Part shown: positions 1-9,635 of the stretch, one piece after another
How the letters are laid out: every line of letters starts with the position of its first letter
How positions within the stretch are numbered: position 1 is the first letter of the stretch
DNA from: Pseudidiomarina andamanensis
GTDB lineage: Bacteria > Pseudomonadota > Gammaproteobacteria > Enterobacterales > Alteromonadaceae
Reading direction: 5' to 3'
Length of the DNA stretch: 32,000 nucleotides
Assembly (NCBI RefSeq): GCF_009734345.1
Contig: NZ_CP032551.1
Location: forward strand, 1,260,001-1,292,000
Translations under genes and position numbers: made by a program
Notes under the pieces: generated by a model
The model's input: the letters and a program-made list of their open reading frames with translations, nothing else
What the model was told of the DNA's origin: nothing
Databases searched by the model: none

Positions 1-1939
1 AGTTGTCGCCTGCTTCTTCAGCTTTCGCTTTCAAGTCAGCCAAATCAACGTTACCGTTCTTGTCACAGTCAACCACTACCACGTTCATGCTCATCATTTG
101 CGCTGAAGCTGGGTTGGTACCGTGTGCTGAGCTTGGAATTAAGCAGATGTTGCGATGCGCATCGCCACGGCTTTGGTGATATTTCTGAATGGCTAACAAG
201 CCAGCGTATTCGCCTTGTGCACCTGAGTTTGGTTGCATCGACATCACGTCGTAGCCAGTGATATCCACTAACCACTCAGACAACGTGCTGAGCAATTCAG
301 CGTACCCTTGCGCTTGGTCTGCTGGGCAGAACGGATGCAACTGACCGAATTCCGGCCAAGTGACTGGAATCATTTCAGCGGTGGCGTTGAGCTTCATGGT
401 ACATGAGCCCAACGAGATCATGCTGTGGTTCAATGACAAGTCTTTGTTTTCAAGCTGCTTGATGTAACGCAGCATTTCGGTTTCAGAGTGGTAGCTGTTG
501 AATACTGGGTGTTCCAAAATCGCGCTTTCACGGCGAAGTGCTGCCGGAATTGATTCAATTTCACCAGAAGCCACACGTGAATCTAACACGTCAATTTCTA
601 AACCGTGATCAGCACCGAATAACGCTGCGAACAAGGCGTCAACGTCTTGGCGGGTTTTCGCTTCATCTAAGCTCACGCCGAACTGGCCGTTGCCGTCAAC
701 GCGCAAGTTAATTTCAGCTTTGTCTGCGCGCGCTAATACGTCAGATGCGTCGCCTTCAAGTTTGAAGGTTAAGGTATCGAACCAATGGTTGTTCAATACT
801 TTCACGCCCTTCTCTTTTAAGCCAAGCGCGACGATGTCGGTCAAACGGTTAATGCGTGATGCGATGGTTTTCAGGCCTTGTGGGCCGTGGTAGACCGCGT
901 AGAACGATGCCATGTTGGCAAGCAATACCTGCGCAGTACAGATGTTTGAGTTCGCTTTCTCACGACGGATGTGCTGTTCACGAGTCTGCATAGCCATACG
1001 CAATGCTTGGTTGTCACGGCTGTCTTTTGACACACCGATGATACGACCTGGCAGTGAACGCTTGTATTTGTCACGGGTTGCAAAGAATGCAGCATGCGGG
1101 CCGCCGTAACCCATTGGTACGCCGAAACGTTGTGCTGAACCCAGCACCATGTCAGCGCCCATTTCGCCTGGCGATTTCAACAACACAAGGCTCATGATAT
1201 CTGCGGCAACGGCAACAATACCTTTGTTCGCTTGAATATCAGCAATCAGCTTTTCAATGTTGTGTATTTCACCGTTGCGGTCTGGATATTGCAACAACGC
1301 ACCGAATACGTCGTGGTTATCGGCTTCGCGCGCTGGTCCAACAATTACGTCAAAACCAAACTGCTCGGCGCGCGTTTTCACCACATCAATCGTTTGTGGG
1401 AACACGTTGTCAGCAACGTAGTACGTGTTTGATTTGCTCTTGCTCACACGCTTCGACATGGCCATGGCTTCGGCTGCTGCCGTTGCTTCGTCAAGTAATG
1501 ACGCGCTCGCCAGTTCAAGGCCAGTCAAATCCATGGTCATTTGTTGGAAGTTCAAAATGGCTTCTAAACGACCCTGAGCAATTTCTGGCTGGTACGGCGT
1601 GTACGCGGTGTACCAACCTGGGTTCTCAAGTACGTTACGCAAAATAACGTTCGGTACTAGGGTGTCGTAGTAACCCATACCGATAAATGACTTGTACACT
1701 TTGTTCTTGCTCGCGATACCTTTGAGTTTGGCAAGCGCTTCACGCTCGTTCATTGGTTCGCCAACAGACAAAAATGGGTCGCGACGAATCGCGCCAGGAA
1801 CGGTGTCACGCGTTAGCACTTCGAGTGAGCTAACACCCAACTCAGCCAACATCGCCTTGGTTTCATCAGCACTTGGGCCAATGTGGCGGGCAATGAATTC
1901 ACCGTGATTTTCTAACTGCTTCAGCGTAGTAGTCGTCAT
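1..1939 (-). CDS. gcvP: Glycine dehydrogenase (decarboxylating), glycine-cleavage P protein. The first ~646 codons are present; the 3' end lies beyond the left edge.
   Basis: Open minus-strand frame running off the window, absent from the ORF track because no stop falls inside. ATG at 1937-1939 follows an AGGGGA Shine-Dalgarno. Hand translation gives [31 protein letters not shown]... At the window edge it gives ...[20 protein letters not shown], collinear with E. coli GcvP as I remember it. It follows gcvT-gcvH. Confidence 0.95.
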   Translation of the reverse strand, partial: MTTTTLKQLENHGEFIARHIGPSADETKAMLAELGVSSLEVLTRDTVPGAIRRDPFLSVGEPMNEREALAKLKGIASKNKVYKSFIGMGYYDTLVPNVILRNVLENPGWYTAYTPYQPEIAQGRLEAILNFQQMTMDLTGLELASASLLDEATAAAEAMAMSKRVSKSKSNTYYVADNVFPQTIDVVKTRAEQFGFDVIVGPAREADNHDVFGALLQYPDRNGEIHNIEKLIADIQANKGIVAVAADIMSLVLLKSPGEMGADMVLGSAQRFGVPMGYGGPHAAFFATRDKYKRSLPGRIIGVSKDSRDNQALRMAMQTREQHIRREKANSNICTAQVLLANMASFYAVYHGPQGLKTIASRINRLTDIVALGLKEKGVKVLNNHWFDTLTFKLEGDASDVLARADKAEINLRVDGNGQFGVSLDEAKTRQDVDALFAALFGADHGLEIDVLDSRVASGEIESIPAALRRESAILEHPVFNSYHSETEMLRYIKQLENKDLSLNHSMISLGSCTMKLNATAEMIPVTWPEFGQLHPFCPADQAQGYAELLSTLSEWLVDITGYDVMSMQPNSGAQGEYAGLLAIQKYHQSRGDAHRNICLIPSSAHGTNPASAQMMSMNVVVVDCDKNGNVDLADLKAKAEEAGDN

Positions 1940-1982
1940 TTACTTCAGGTCCCCTAGCTTCCGGGTGGATACAAGACATTTG

Positions 1983-2013
1983 AAACACAAAACCCCGGTG
2001 CAAGTGACCGGGG
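1983..2013 (-). terminator. Hairpin plus U-tract between gcvH and gcvP (candidate partial terminator or attenuator inside the operon)
   Basis: The minus strand reads CCCCGGT-cacttgc-ACCGGGG (2013 down to 1993), followed directly by TTTTGTGTTT. Confidence 0.45.
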
Positions 2014-2033
2014 CTTAGCAACAAAACGAGCTG

Positions 2034-2423
2034 TTATTCTTCGTCGATAACTGCTTGATAACCTTCGGCATCAAGCAAGCTTTCAACTTCACTTGGGTCT
2101 TCGGCTTTAATTTTGAACAACCAGCCGTCACCAAATGGGTCATTGTTTACAGTTTCTGGTGCATCTTCTAAGTCTTCGTTCACTTCAACAATTTCACCAG
2201 CAATTGGTGCATAAATGTCAGAAGCGGCTTTGACTGATTCTGCTACGGCAACGTCGTCACCAGCGGCTACGTTGGCGCCAACTTCTGGCAATTCAACGAA
2301 CACCATGTCGCCAAGCAAATCTTGTGCGTGCTCAGTGATACCTACTGTGAAAATGCCGTCACCTTCGTTGCGCACCCACTCATGCGTTGATGCGTACTTA
2401 AGTTCCTTTGGAATATTGCTCAT
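2034..2423 (-). CDS. gcvH: Glycine-cleavage system H protein (lipoyl carrier)
   Basis: ORF 2034..2444 trimmed to the ATG at 2423 ([17 protein letters not shown]...), which has a GAGGAA SD upstream and gives 129 aa. The lipoyl-lysine context ESVKAASD is present. It sits between gcvT and gcvP. Confidence 0.95.
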   Translation of the reverse strand: MSNIPKELKYASTHEWVRNEGDGIFTVGITEHAQDLLGDMVFVELPEVGANVAAGDDVAVAESVKAASDIYAPIAGEIVEVNEDLEDAPETVNNDPFGDGWLFKIKAEDPSEVESLLDAEGYQAVIDEE

Positions 2424-2462
2424 GTTCTGTTCCTCGTAATTCAATTCTTAAAAAATGATGGC

Positions 2463-3545
2463 TTAGGCAAGTACTGATTTGCCCTGACGCACGAAGCTTG
2501 GTTTGACCACGCTTACTGTAACTAATTTCTTGCGAATTTCCACCTCTGCAGTTTCACCCACAGAAGCTGGTACGCGTGCCATAGCAATTGAGAAACCAAG
2601 CGTTGGCGAGAAAGTACCTGAGGTAATTTCGCCTTCACCGCCGTCAACAATCACTTTTTGACCATGACGCAATACGCCTTTGTCTTTCATCACCAAGCCA
2701 ACCAATTTGGCATGGCCTGCTGCTTTTTGCTGTTCGAGTGCTTCGCGACCGATGAATTTACGATCCGCTGGCTCAAACGCCACGCTCCAGCCCATGTTGG
2801 CTTCTAATGGCGTGACTGATTCGTCCATATCTTGGCCGTACAAGTTCATGCCGGCTTCTAAACGCAAGGTATCACGTGCGCCCAAACCACATGGCTGAAC
2901 GCCAACGTTTAAGAGGTCGTCCCAAAGCTTCTCGACTTTGTCGCCTGGTACGACAATTTCATAGCCTTTTTCACCAGTGTAGCCGGTGGTTGCGATGAAA
3001 TAGTCGCCCACTTGCTCAGACATAAATGGCTTCATGCCAGCAACCGGTGCGAATGCGTCATCGCCTAATACCAGTTTGAGTTTTTCTTCAGCGTTAGGGC
3101 CTTGTAGAGCCAGCATGCCAAGGGTTGGTTGTTCAGTAACGGTGACTTTAAAGTTGCTAGCAACACTGTGGATCCAAGCCATATCGCGCTCACGCGTCGC
3201 TGAGTTTACCACCAAGCGATACGATTCATCAGTGAAGTAATAGACAATCAAGTCGTCAATCACGCCGCCTTGTTCGTTCAGCATGCCGCTGTAAAGCGCT
3301 TTGCCAGGAACAGTTAATTTAGCCACGTCGTTGGCAAGTAAGTAACGAAGGAATGCTTTGGCATCAATACCGGCAACATCAACAATGGTCATGTGCGACA
3401 CATCAAATACGCCTGAATCGTTACGTACAGCATTGTGCTCTTCAATTTGTGAGCCGTAATTCAGCGGCATATCCCAGCCGTGGAAGTCCACCATTTTCGC
3501 GCCAGCTTTCACGTGCGCGTCATACAAAGGAGTGCGATTTGCCAT
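2463..3545 (-). CDS. gcvT: Aminomethyltransferase, glycine-cleavage T protein
   Basis: 360-aa ORF. The N-terminus [37 protein letters not shown] matches the E. coli GcvT N-terminus almost residue for residue. Confidence 0.97.
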   Translation of the reverse strand: MANRTPLYDAHVKAGAKMVDFHGWDMPLNYGSQIEEHNAVRNDSGVFDVSHMTIVDVAGIDAKAFLRYLLANDVAKLTVPGKALYSGMLNEQGGVIDDLIVYYFTDESYRLVVNSATRERDMAWIHSVASNFKVTVTEQPTLGMLALQGPNAEEKLKLVLGDDAFAPVAGMKPFMSEQVGDYFIATTGYTGEKGYEIVVPGDKVEKLWDDLLNVGVQPCGLGARDTLRLEAGMNLYGQDMDESVTPLEANMGWSVAFEPADRKFIGREALEQQKAAGHAKLVGLVMKDKGVLRHGQKVIVDGGEGEITSGTFSPTLGFSIAMARVPASVGETAEVEIRKKLVTVSVVKPSFVRQGKSVLA

Positions 3546-3726
3546 GACCTAGTTGTCCTTTTTTGTTGTCGAGATGCGAGTTTGCCGCATTCAAAAAATT
3601 ACCGCGAATTATAGAACTCAAAGCGCCTTGCAACAAATGAATATTACTTATACATTTATAAAAATATTAAATACTAATTTATACTGTATTAAATTAAATT
3701 ATGAATTTGGCTGTTTTTAGGAGCTC

Positions 3727-4584
3727 ATGATGCAACATTTACCGCTAGAAGCCTTACGTGCGTTCGTCAGCATCTATGAGCTACAAAGTTATACCGCGGC
3801 GGCACAGCAGCTAAATCGCTCGCAGCCCGCCATTAGTCTGCAGTTACGGCGCCTTGAAGAGTTGCTTGAAACCTCTTTACTCACGCGTAGCGGTGGGCGT
3901 ATTCACTTAACGCCAAATGGTACTGAATTACTCGAGCAAGCACGCACACTGCTCGGTTTAAATGATCAAATTATTGCACGCTTCACCGAGCCGGCTGTTT
4001 CTGGTCAGGTACGACTGGGCATACCCAGTGAGTTCGCCAGTAAATTATTGCCGCAAGTTTTAGGTCAGTTCGCCCATGCCTACCCCAATGTATCGTTGTC
4101 GGTGACATCAGCGCTGAGCAAAGACTTATTGAAAGACGAACAAGTGCATTTTGACTTGGTGATTGCCTTGAAAGAGCCCGATAAACGCATTACTCGTCCC
4201 GGTTTGGTGATACTCAAGCAAGAGCCTTTGGTTTGGGTTGGCGCAAATGTTGAGCTTAATTATCAACACGACTTATCGTTGGTAGTTGCACCTGAAGGCT
4301 GTATTTACCGGCGCCGTGCACTTGGCGCGTTGCGCCAGGCGAATATTCCTACGCGTATCAGCTATACCAATGCAGACTTTTCCGGTTTAACGGCGGCAAT
4401 TGAGAGTGGTCTTGGCTTAACGGTGTTGGCGCAAAGCACGGTGCCTGATAACTTGTCGCGCCAGCAGCGTATTGGCCCTATCACATTACCGGAACTCGGC
4501 GAAGTGAGTGTTGCCATGTGGCAAGCCGATACCACCAATCAGGCGGCTCGGCAGTTAGCTCAGTTTATTCAAGAACGTATTTAA
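3727..4584 (+). CDS. LysR-family transcriptional regulator, divergent from gcvT
   Basis: 285-aa ORF. It has an N-terminal LTTR helix-turn-helix (LRAFVSIYELQSYTAAAQQLNRSQPAISLQLRRLEE) and a C-terminal substrate-binding-type domain. It lies 181 bp from the gcvT start. Confidence 0.9.
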   Translation: MMQHLPLEALRAFVSIYELQSYTAAAQQLNRSQPAISLQLRRLEELLETSLLTRSGGRIHLTPNGTELLEQARTLLGLNDQIIARFTEPAVSGQVRLGIPSEFASKLLPQVLGQFAHAYPNVSLSVTSALSKDLLKDEQVHFDLVIALKEPDKRITRPGLVILKQEPLVWVGANVELNYQHDLSLVVAPEGCIYRRRALGALRQANIPTRISYTNADFSGLTAAIESGLGLTVLAQSTVPDNLSRQQRIGPITLPELGEVSVAMWQADTTNQAARQLAQFIQERI

Positions 4585-4597
4585 GCGTTTTGCTGGG

Positions 4598-5758
4598 TTA
4601 TTCGCCAAGCGCGGCTTTAATTAGTTGGCGCTTCAATGGCTGAATGCTGTTAGCAGCTTTAAAGCCGATGCCACGCACCAGTTTTGCCAATGGGTTCGCG
4701 GTACCAAAACCGCGTTTAAACGTTTCCATAGCAGAAATCATGGTGACCGCTGCAGCTTTGCGCTTACGCTCCCACGTACGCAATTCGCGGTAGTTCGGGG
4801 CAGTCGCAAACACCGGTAGCAAATCAACCACATCACCAAAACCTAAGTTTGCGCCCTGTCCCGCCAGCGGGTGAATGCTGTGTGCGGCATCGCCAATTAA
4901 GATTAAGCAGTTATCCAACCAACGCTGTGCGTATTGCATGCGCAGTGGGAAGCCAGCACGTTCAGATGCCAGCTCGAGTTTGCCCAAGCATTGATCGCTT
5001 GCTGCCTGGAGTTGATTCATAAATGTCTGCGAATCCATCGCGGTGAGTTCTTGCGCCTTTGTTTCATCGGCTGACCACACCAGCGATACTAAGTGCGCAT
5101 CGTTCAGTGGTAACCAAGCAACAGGACCTGTTGGCAAGAACACTTGGCGGGCAATGCCATCATGTGGCTTCTCGGTTTTAATCACAGCCACAATACCAGT
5201 TTGCTCATAATCCCAGAAGCTAAGCGGTAACTTAGCGCGTTCGCGCGTCGGTGAGCGGTTACCATCCGCGGCAATCAGGTAATCGGCTTGCAACTGCTGG
5301 TTTGAGCGTAGCTTAACGGTCACTTGTGAAGCGCTCGTTGTATGCTCAACCACTTCATCGTCGGCAATAATTTGTACGCCCTGCTCGGTAGCAACGTCCC
5401 ACAAGGTTTGCTCAAGCACTTTGTTTTCAACAATAGCACCGAGATCATCAGCGCCAGCTTCTGTCGCTGAAAACTCAATATGACCAAAGCTATCGTGGTC
5501 CCACACTTGCATACCGGTGTATGGCCCAAGCCGTTGCTGTGGCAAGCGCTGCCACACGCCTAATTCACGTAACAAGGCGCGGCTGTGATGCGCTAAGGCA
5601 CTCACGCGTAACTCTGGTGATTCGGTATAGTCAGGGCGGCCACTGCGCTCAATGAGATACACGCGATGTCCCTGCAAACGCAACCCTAGTGAGGCGCTAA
5701 GGCCAATCATGCCGCCGCCGACAACTACGATTGTTTGCGCTTTAAATTGTGTACTCAT
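4598..5758 (-). CDS. ubiI: FAD-dependent ubiquinone-biosynthesis hydroxylase (UbiI/VisC-like; UbiF cannot be excluded by eye)
   Basis: 386-aa ORF with the FAD fingerprint VVVGGGMIGLSASLGL and the motif GDAAHSIHPLAGQGANLGFGD. Its start overlaps the ubiH stop in an ATGA. Its position matches visC/ubiI in E. coli. Confidence 0.85.
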   Translation of the reverse strand: MSTQFKAQTIVVVGGGMIGLSASLGLRLQGHRVYLIERSGRPDYTESPELRVSALAHHSRALLRELGVWQRLPQQRLGPYTGMQVWDHDSFGHIEFSATEAGADDLGAIVENKVLEQTLWDVATEQGVQIIADDEVVEHTTSASQVTVKLRSNQQLQADYLIAADGNRSPTRERAKLPLSFWDYEQTGIVAVIKTEKPHDGIARQVFLPTGPVAWLPLNDAHLVSLVWSADETKAQELTAMDSQTFMNQLQAASDQCLGKLELASERAGFPLRMQYAQRWLDNCLILIGDAAHSIHPLAGQGANLGFGDVVDLLPVFATAPNYRELRTWERKRKAAAVTMISAMETFKRGFGTANPLAKLVRGIGFKAANSIQPLKRQLIKAALGE

Positions 5759-6945
5759 GCGTTACGAAACCCCATGGTTTGGCGCGCGAAAACGTGTCGC
5801 AGTGGCGGCAAATTATCGAGCCCGAACAATGCAACATTACGACCCACCACGAGCGGTACATGTTGATTCGAGAAACCTCGCACTAAACTGTCGGTTAGCC
5901 CGATAATTCGGCGGTAATCTTGTTGGCGGCGCTCATTGTAGATACTTAGTAAACGATATTGTCCGGGGTCTTGCGCCGTGAGTAATTGCTCACTCAGTTC
6001 AATGGCATCGCGCACGCCGAGGTTAAAACCTTGCCCGGCAATGGGGTGCAATGTATGCGAAGCGTTGCCAATAATCACGCTGCGATGACTGATATTTGAT
6101 TCTGCTAAGTGCAGTTGCAACGGGTATTGAACACGGTCACGTACCGCCACAAAGCGACCGGCTCGATAACCAAACGCTTGCTGGCACGCCGCCACAAACT
6201 CGGCATCGGACAATTCCATGGTCTGCTCTGCTTGCTCTGGGTTCAAGCTCCACACCAGCGACGCTTGTTGGTCTGGCAATGGGAGTAACGCAATCGGCCC
6301 GGTGTCAGTGAAACGCTCATACGCCCAACCGTTAAGCCCCTCCGATAGCGTTAACGTGGCAATAATGCCAACTTGCTGATAATCGGTATGCTGCATGGCA
6401 ATACCTGCATCAGCTCGTACCTGCGAGCGCTGACCATCGGCACCAATGAGAAGCTGTGCGTTAAGCTGCGCTTCTTTGTCTTGCTGCTTATAGTGCACCG
6501 TAATGGAATCACGTTTGCGTTCGGCGCGCTCAAACCAAGCACCGCCTAGCCACTGAATCGACGCTTCTTGCTGACAAGCTGCATACAGCGCTCTATTTAA
6601 TGCTGCGGCTGAAATTACTTGCCCCATGGCGGTTACGCCATGCTGCGTAGCGTGCAACCGAGTCATGCCTAGGTGGCCACGATCGCTCACATGAATATGT
6701 TCAATAGGGCTTGCTTGCTCAGCCACATGCTGCCATACGCCAATTTGTTCTAACAACGCGACAGTCGCTGCGGCTAAAGCAATGGTGCGCTTGTCTTGTG
6801 CGGGGCCTTGCTCTTGCGGTTCTAGTACAGCGATGCGCCAATCTTGACGGCCGCGAGCCAACAGCAATGCAGTCAGCGCGCCGACAAGGCCGCCACCGGC
6901 GATAACCACGGAGTAGTTTACTGTGCTTATTTTGCCGTCATCCAT
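5755..6945 (-). CDS. ubiH: 2-octaprenyl-6-methoxyphenol hydroxylase (UbiH family flavin monooxygenase)
   Basis: 396-aa ORF with VVIAGGGLVGALTAL and GNASHTLHPIAGQGFNLGVRD. It lies between pepP and ubiI as in E. coli. Confidence 0.87.
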   Translation of the reverse strand: MDDGKISTVNYSVVIAGGGLVGALTALLLARGRQDWRIAVLEPQEQGPAQDKRTIALAAATVALLEQIGVWQHVAEQASPIEHIHVSDRGHLGMTRLHATQHGVTAMGQVISAAALNRALYAACQQEASIQWLGGAWFERAERKRDSITVHYKQQDKEAQLNAQLLIGADGQRSQVRADAGIAMQHTDYQQVGIIATLTLSEGLNGWAYERFTDTGPIALLPLPDQQASLVWSLNPEQAEQTMELSDAEFVAACQQAFGYRAGRFVAVRDRVQYPLQLHLAESNISHRSVIIGNASHTLHPIAGQGFNLGVRDAIELSEQLLTAQDPGQYRLLSIYNERRQQDYRRIIGLTDSLVRGFSNQHVPLVVGRNVALFGLDNLPPLRHVFARQTMGFRNA

Positions 6946-8252
6946 TGCTCAATCTCTGCGACAGTTTTAGGCACAGCACTGGTCATATTCTCGTGCCCGT
7001 TTTCAGTAATAATCACATCATCTTCAATGCGTATACCGATGCCATGCCATTTTTCATCCACGTTTGGCATACCTTTCGGAATGTAAATTCCCGGCTCAAT
7101 GGTCAGCACCATGCCCGGCTCAAACTTGCGCTTTTTACCTTCTTGGGTGTAGGTGCCAACATCGTGCACATCTAGGCCAAGCCAATGCCCTAAGCCATGA
7201 ATCATAAATGGGCGAAATGCTTCGTCATCAACGAGTTTCTTCAGGCTACCTTTTAAAATGCCTAACGCATGCAAACCTTCGGTCAACGCTTTACCTGCGG
7301 CCTTCATTGCCGTTGGTAAGTTACTACCTGGCTTTAACGTGGCAAGTGCCGCTTCTTGGGCAGCCAAAACGACGTTGTAGAGCTCTTTTTGTGCGTCAGA
7401 GAAACGACCGTTTACTGGGAAGGTTCGTGTGATGTCGCCAGCAAAGCCTTGGTATTCAGCGCCAGCGTCAATTAACAACAAGTCGCCGTCGCGCAGTTCT
7501 GACTGGTTCTCAGTGTAATGTAAAATGCAAGCGTTCTCGCCGCCACCACAAATGGTGCCGTAAGCAGGTGATAAGGCGCCGTGCATCGCGAATTCGTGAT
7601 GAATTTCTGCGGCAACTTGGTATTCAAACTTGCCCGGCTTCGCAAATAACATCGCTCGTTTGTGCGCCTGCACACTAATTCGCGCGGCTTCACGCATCAA
7701 ATCAAGCTCTGCTGCGCTCTTAATAATGCGCATATCCGCTAACCATGGATTCACATCAACCCATGCCTGTGGTGCTTGATGCCCTTGTTTGGGTGAGGCG
7801 CGCAATTCATCCGCGATGGTGTATAGCTGCGCCGCTAAATCAGGTTTATCATGCGGAAAATAGACTGTCTCAGCGCCATCCAGTAAGGCGAACAAATGAT
7901 CGTCCACATCGTCAATGCTTCCTGCGAAATCGACGCCAAGTGATTCGACTGCTTTGTCGACGCCTAAGCGACGTCCATGCCACACTTCTTCTTGCGGGCT
8001 GGTTGGTTGACAGTAAAGTTGCACCGGCGCATCTGCATGCGGCGCTAGCACTAACATCGCATTCGGTTCATTAAAGCCAGTTAAATAGAAAAAATCACTG
8101 TCTTGGCGAAATGGAAATTCAGTATCACGACTACGGGTTTGTAGTTGCGCACTTGGTATCACTGCAATGGCGTGCGCCGAAGCTTTTTTTAAACGCGCCA
8201 GAAGATGTGCGCGGCGCTTCTGATATTCTTCAATAGTAATGCTCGGAGACAT
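6927..8252 (-). CDS. pepP: Xaa-Pro aminopeptidase (aminopeptidase P)
   Basis: ORF 6927..8366 trimmed to the ATG at 8252 (MSPSITIEEYQKRRAHLLARL...). This gives 441 aa, the length I recall for E. coli PepP. M24 metal-ligand context: LLIDAGAEYQGFAGDITRTFP, HGLGHWLGLDVHD, IEPGIY, GIRIEDD. Confidence 0.93.
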   Translation of the reverse strand: MSPSITIEEYQKRRAHLLARLKKASAHAIAVIPSAQLQTRSRDTEFPFRQDSDFFYLTGFNEPNAMLVLAPHADAPVQLYCQPTSPQEEVWHGRRLGVDKAVESLGVDFAGSIDDVDDHLFALLDGAETVYFPHDKPDLAAQLYTIADELRASPKQGHQAPQAWVDVNPWLADMRIIKSAAELDLMREAARISVQAHKRAMLFAKPGKFEYQVAAEIHHEFAMHGALSPAYGTICGGGENACILHYTENQSELRDGDLLLIDAGAEYQGFAGDITRTFPVNGRFSDAQKELYNVVLAAQEAALATLKPGSNLPTAMKAAGKALTEGLHALGILKGSLKKLVDDEAFRPFMIHGLGHWLGLDVHDVGTYTQEGKKRKFEPGMVLTIEPGIYIPKGMPNVDEKWHGIGIRIEDDVIITENGHENMTSAVPKTVAEIEQWMTAK

Positions 8253-8302
8253 GTGAACCCTACAACGTCGAATGGATATGTGACTCATGCGCTCATGAGG
8301 TA

Positions 8303-8890
8303 CTAGTGCAAAACCTTGTTGGTGGCGCAACCGGCACCTGCTTTTAGGCCAAGCTCGTTGAAGCATAACATGGCAGAAATGCGCAAATACTCGACTACCT
8401 CAAAATAAGCGCGCTCGGCCTCTTCGTCTTCATCCACCGCGAAATCGAGCTTGGCAATTTCAACCATGTCGTCAATCACTTCGCGAACATCTTCTGAAAG
8501 TCCAGTAAGGTTCGTCTGGTTCACGCCAAAGCCCACCAAAAACGACTGCACCCAGCCAATCATGCTTGATAAACGTTCAAACAGCGATTCATGATCACTT
8601 GGCAGTAGTAAGTTAAAACCTAAATCGGGGTCACGCATACTGGCACAGATATCGGCAGCCATTTCAGTAACGCGCTCGCGCACGACAGGTTTGAAAGACT
8701 GGCCTTCGTGAATCAGGTCGCTGAGCAGCAATAACCAATCATCACCTTCAACACTGGCGCCGCCAGCAATCATGCCGGTGAGAATGCCGTGCACTTCGGC
8801 GGCATTAGACAAAATTCCGTTTTGCTCGAAAAACTCGGTTAAACGGTCATAACTTAACGGGTTAGCAGAGCTGCTACCAATTTCTGACAT
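8303..8890 (-). CDS. ygfB: UPF0149 family protein YgfB
   Basis: ORF 8303..8923 trimmed to the ATG at 8890 (MSEIGSSSANPLSYDRL...), giving ~195 aa. Its position upstream of pepP and divergent from zapA matches E. coli ygfB. Confidence 0.85.
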   Translation of the reverse strand: MSEIGSSSANPLSYDRLTEFFEQNGILSNAAEVHGILTGMIAGGASVEGDDWLLLLSDLIHEGQSFKPVVRERVTEMAADICASMRDPDLGFNLLLPSDHESLFERLSSMIGWVQSFLVGFGVNQTNLTGLSEDVREVIDDMVEIAKLDFAVDEDEEAERAYFEVVEYLRISAMLCFNELGLKAGAGCATNKVLH

Positions 8891-9028
8891 AATCACTGTA
8901 CTCTTTACGTTCTTTACGCACATCCTACCATTGCAAAGCTATTCAGGCTAGCTGACAAAACCCCGTAGGACGTGCCATAATATGGCTAATTCCAAGCATA
9001 AGAATAGTACAAGCACAGAGGAAGCGGC

Positions 9029-9334
9029 ATGACTCAACGCGCCATGGACATAAGATTAATGGAACGTCACTACAAGGTAAATTGCCCACCGGGGCAAGAA
9101 GTTGCTTTGCAGCAGGCTGCTGATCGCTTGAATAATAAGCTGGAAACGATTCGTACCAACACCAAGTTGTCGAATCCTGAGCAGATTGCAGTGATGGCCG
9201 GGTTAAATTTGTGCCATGAATTTGCGCAAGAAGAGAAACGTCAGCAGCAACGCATCGCTGATCTCGAAGAAAAATTAAAACTCCTGCAAGAAACTCTTGA
9301 ACAAGTCATGGCGGAACAGCGCCCCGGACGTTAA
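9029..9334 (+). CDS. zapA: Cell division protein ZapA
   Basis: 101-aa ORF with an AGAGGAAG SD upstream. The segment KVNCPPGQEVALQQAADRLNNKLETIR parallels E. coli ZapA ([23 protein letters not shown]). A coiled-coil tail follows. Confidence 0.9.
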   Translation: MTQRAMDIRLMERHYKVNCPPGQEVALQQAADRLNNKLETIRTNTKLSNPEQIAVMAGLNLCHEFAQEEKRQQQRIADLEEKLKLLQETLEQVMAEQRPGR

Positions 9335-9348
9335 AATACCCATATTAT

Positions 9349-9536
9349 GACTGCCTGGGATGTGCGCCAGCACGCCGATGTCCCTGAGCCGATGCTAGCA
9401 GTAAAGGGGCTCACTGGGCGGCTATTGAGCAAGCTCGACTAGTATCGAGAAGCCTGCGGCCGTTTCAATTGCGCCCCGCCTTGAACCAGTGGGTTCAAGG
9501 GCCAAGGCACGCAGCGGCATTCCGGGTAGTCACCCC
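9349..9536 (+). ncRNA. ssrS: 6S RNA (RNA polymerase sigma70-holoenzyme regulator)
   Basis: It lies immediately downstream of zapA as in enterobacteria. Blocks shared with E. coli 6S RNA are CUGGGAUGUGCGC, CCCUGAGCCGAU, GAGAAGCCU, CCUUGAACCAGUGGGUUCAAGGG and GCGGCAUUCCGGGUAGUC. The 5' GACUGCCUGGGAUG pairs with the 3' CAUUCCGGGUAGUC to form the closing stem. Ends are approximate (+/- 5 nt). Confidence 0.85.
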
Positions 9537-9546
9537 TTTCGAAAAC

Positions 9547-9635
9547 CGTTATTCGTTATTCGTTATTCGTTATTCGTTATTCGTACAAGATTGTTTTGTC
9601 TTTTTCGAATAACGAATAACTAGTAACGATTAACG
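9547..9635. repeat. Inverted heptamer microsatellite forming a long hairpin. It probably acts as a bidirectional terminator for ssrS and the amidohydrolase gene.
   Basis: Five perfect tandem CGTTATT units span 9547-9581. A 22-nt spacer follows. Four inverted units (AATAACG, AATAACT, AGTAACG, ATTAACG) span 9608-9635. The stem 9569-9583 / 9606-9620 is a perfect 15 bp and extends to ~30 bp with 2 mismatches and 1 G-U. T-rich sequence follows on the plus strand. The last inverted unit overlaps the amidohydrolase stop codon (9630-9632). Confidence 0.8.

Noticed and set aside
3546-3607. Possible glycine riboswitch in the gcvT leader
   Set aside because: The leader is only ~55 nt after the best promoter. 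None of the conserved glycine-aptamer cores could be found on the mRNA strand.
5755-6945. Gene overlaps (ubiH/ubiI ATGA at 5755-5758; pepP/ubiH 19-nt overlap at 6927-6945) as something unusual
   Set aside because: Short overlaps of this kind are ordinary translational coupling in operons. Nothing suggests frameshifting or fusion.
8253-8366. N-terminal extension of pepP in the ORF track (479 aa)
   Set aside because: The extension would overlap the ygfB 3' end by 64 nt. The ATG at 8252 gives the canonical 441-aa PepP with a matching N-terminus. Similar trims were applied to ygfB (8890), gcvH (2423), hicA (21785), pstA (17112), phoB (24995) and the amidohydrolase (11195).
9547-9635. CRISPR-like array (also 20481-20529)
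   Set aside because: The units are 7 nt, directly abutting, with no spacers. No cas genes lie nearby. This is a microsatellite or inverted-repeat element, not CRISPR.
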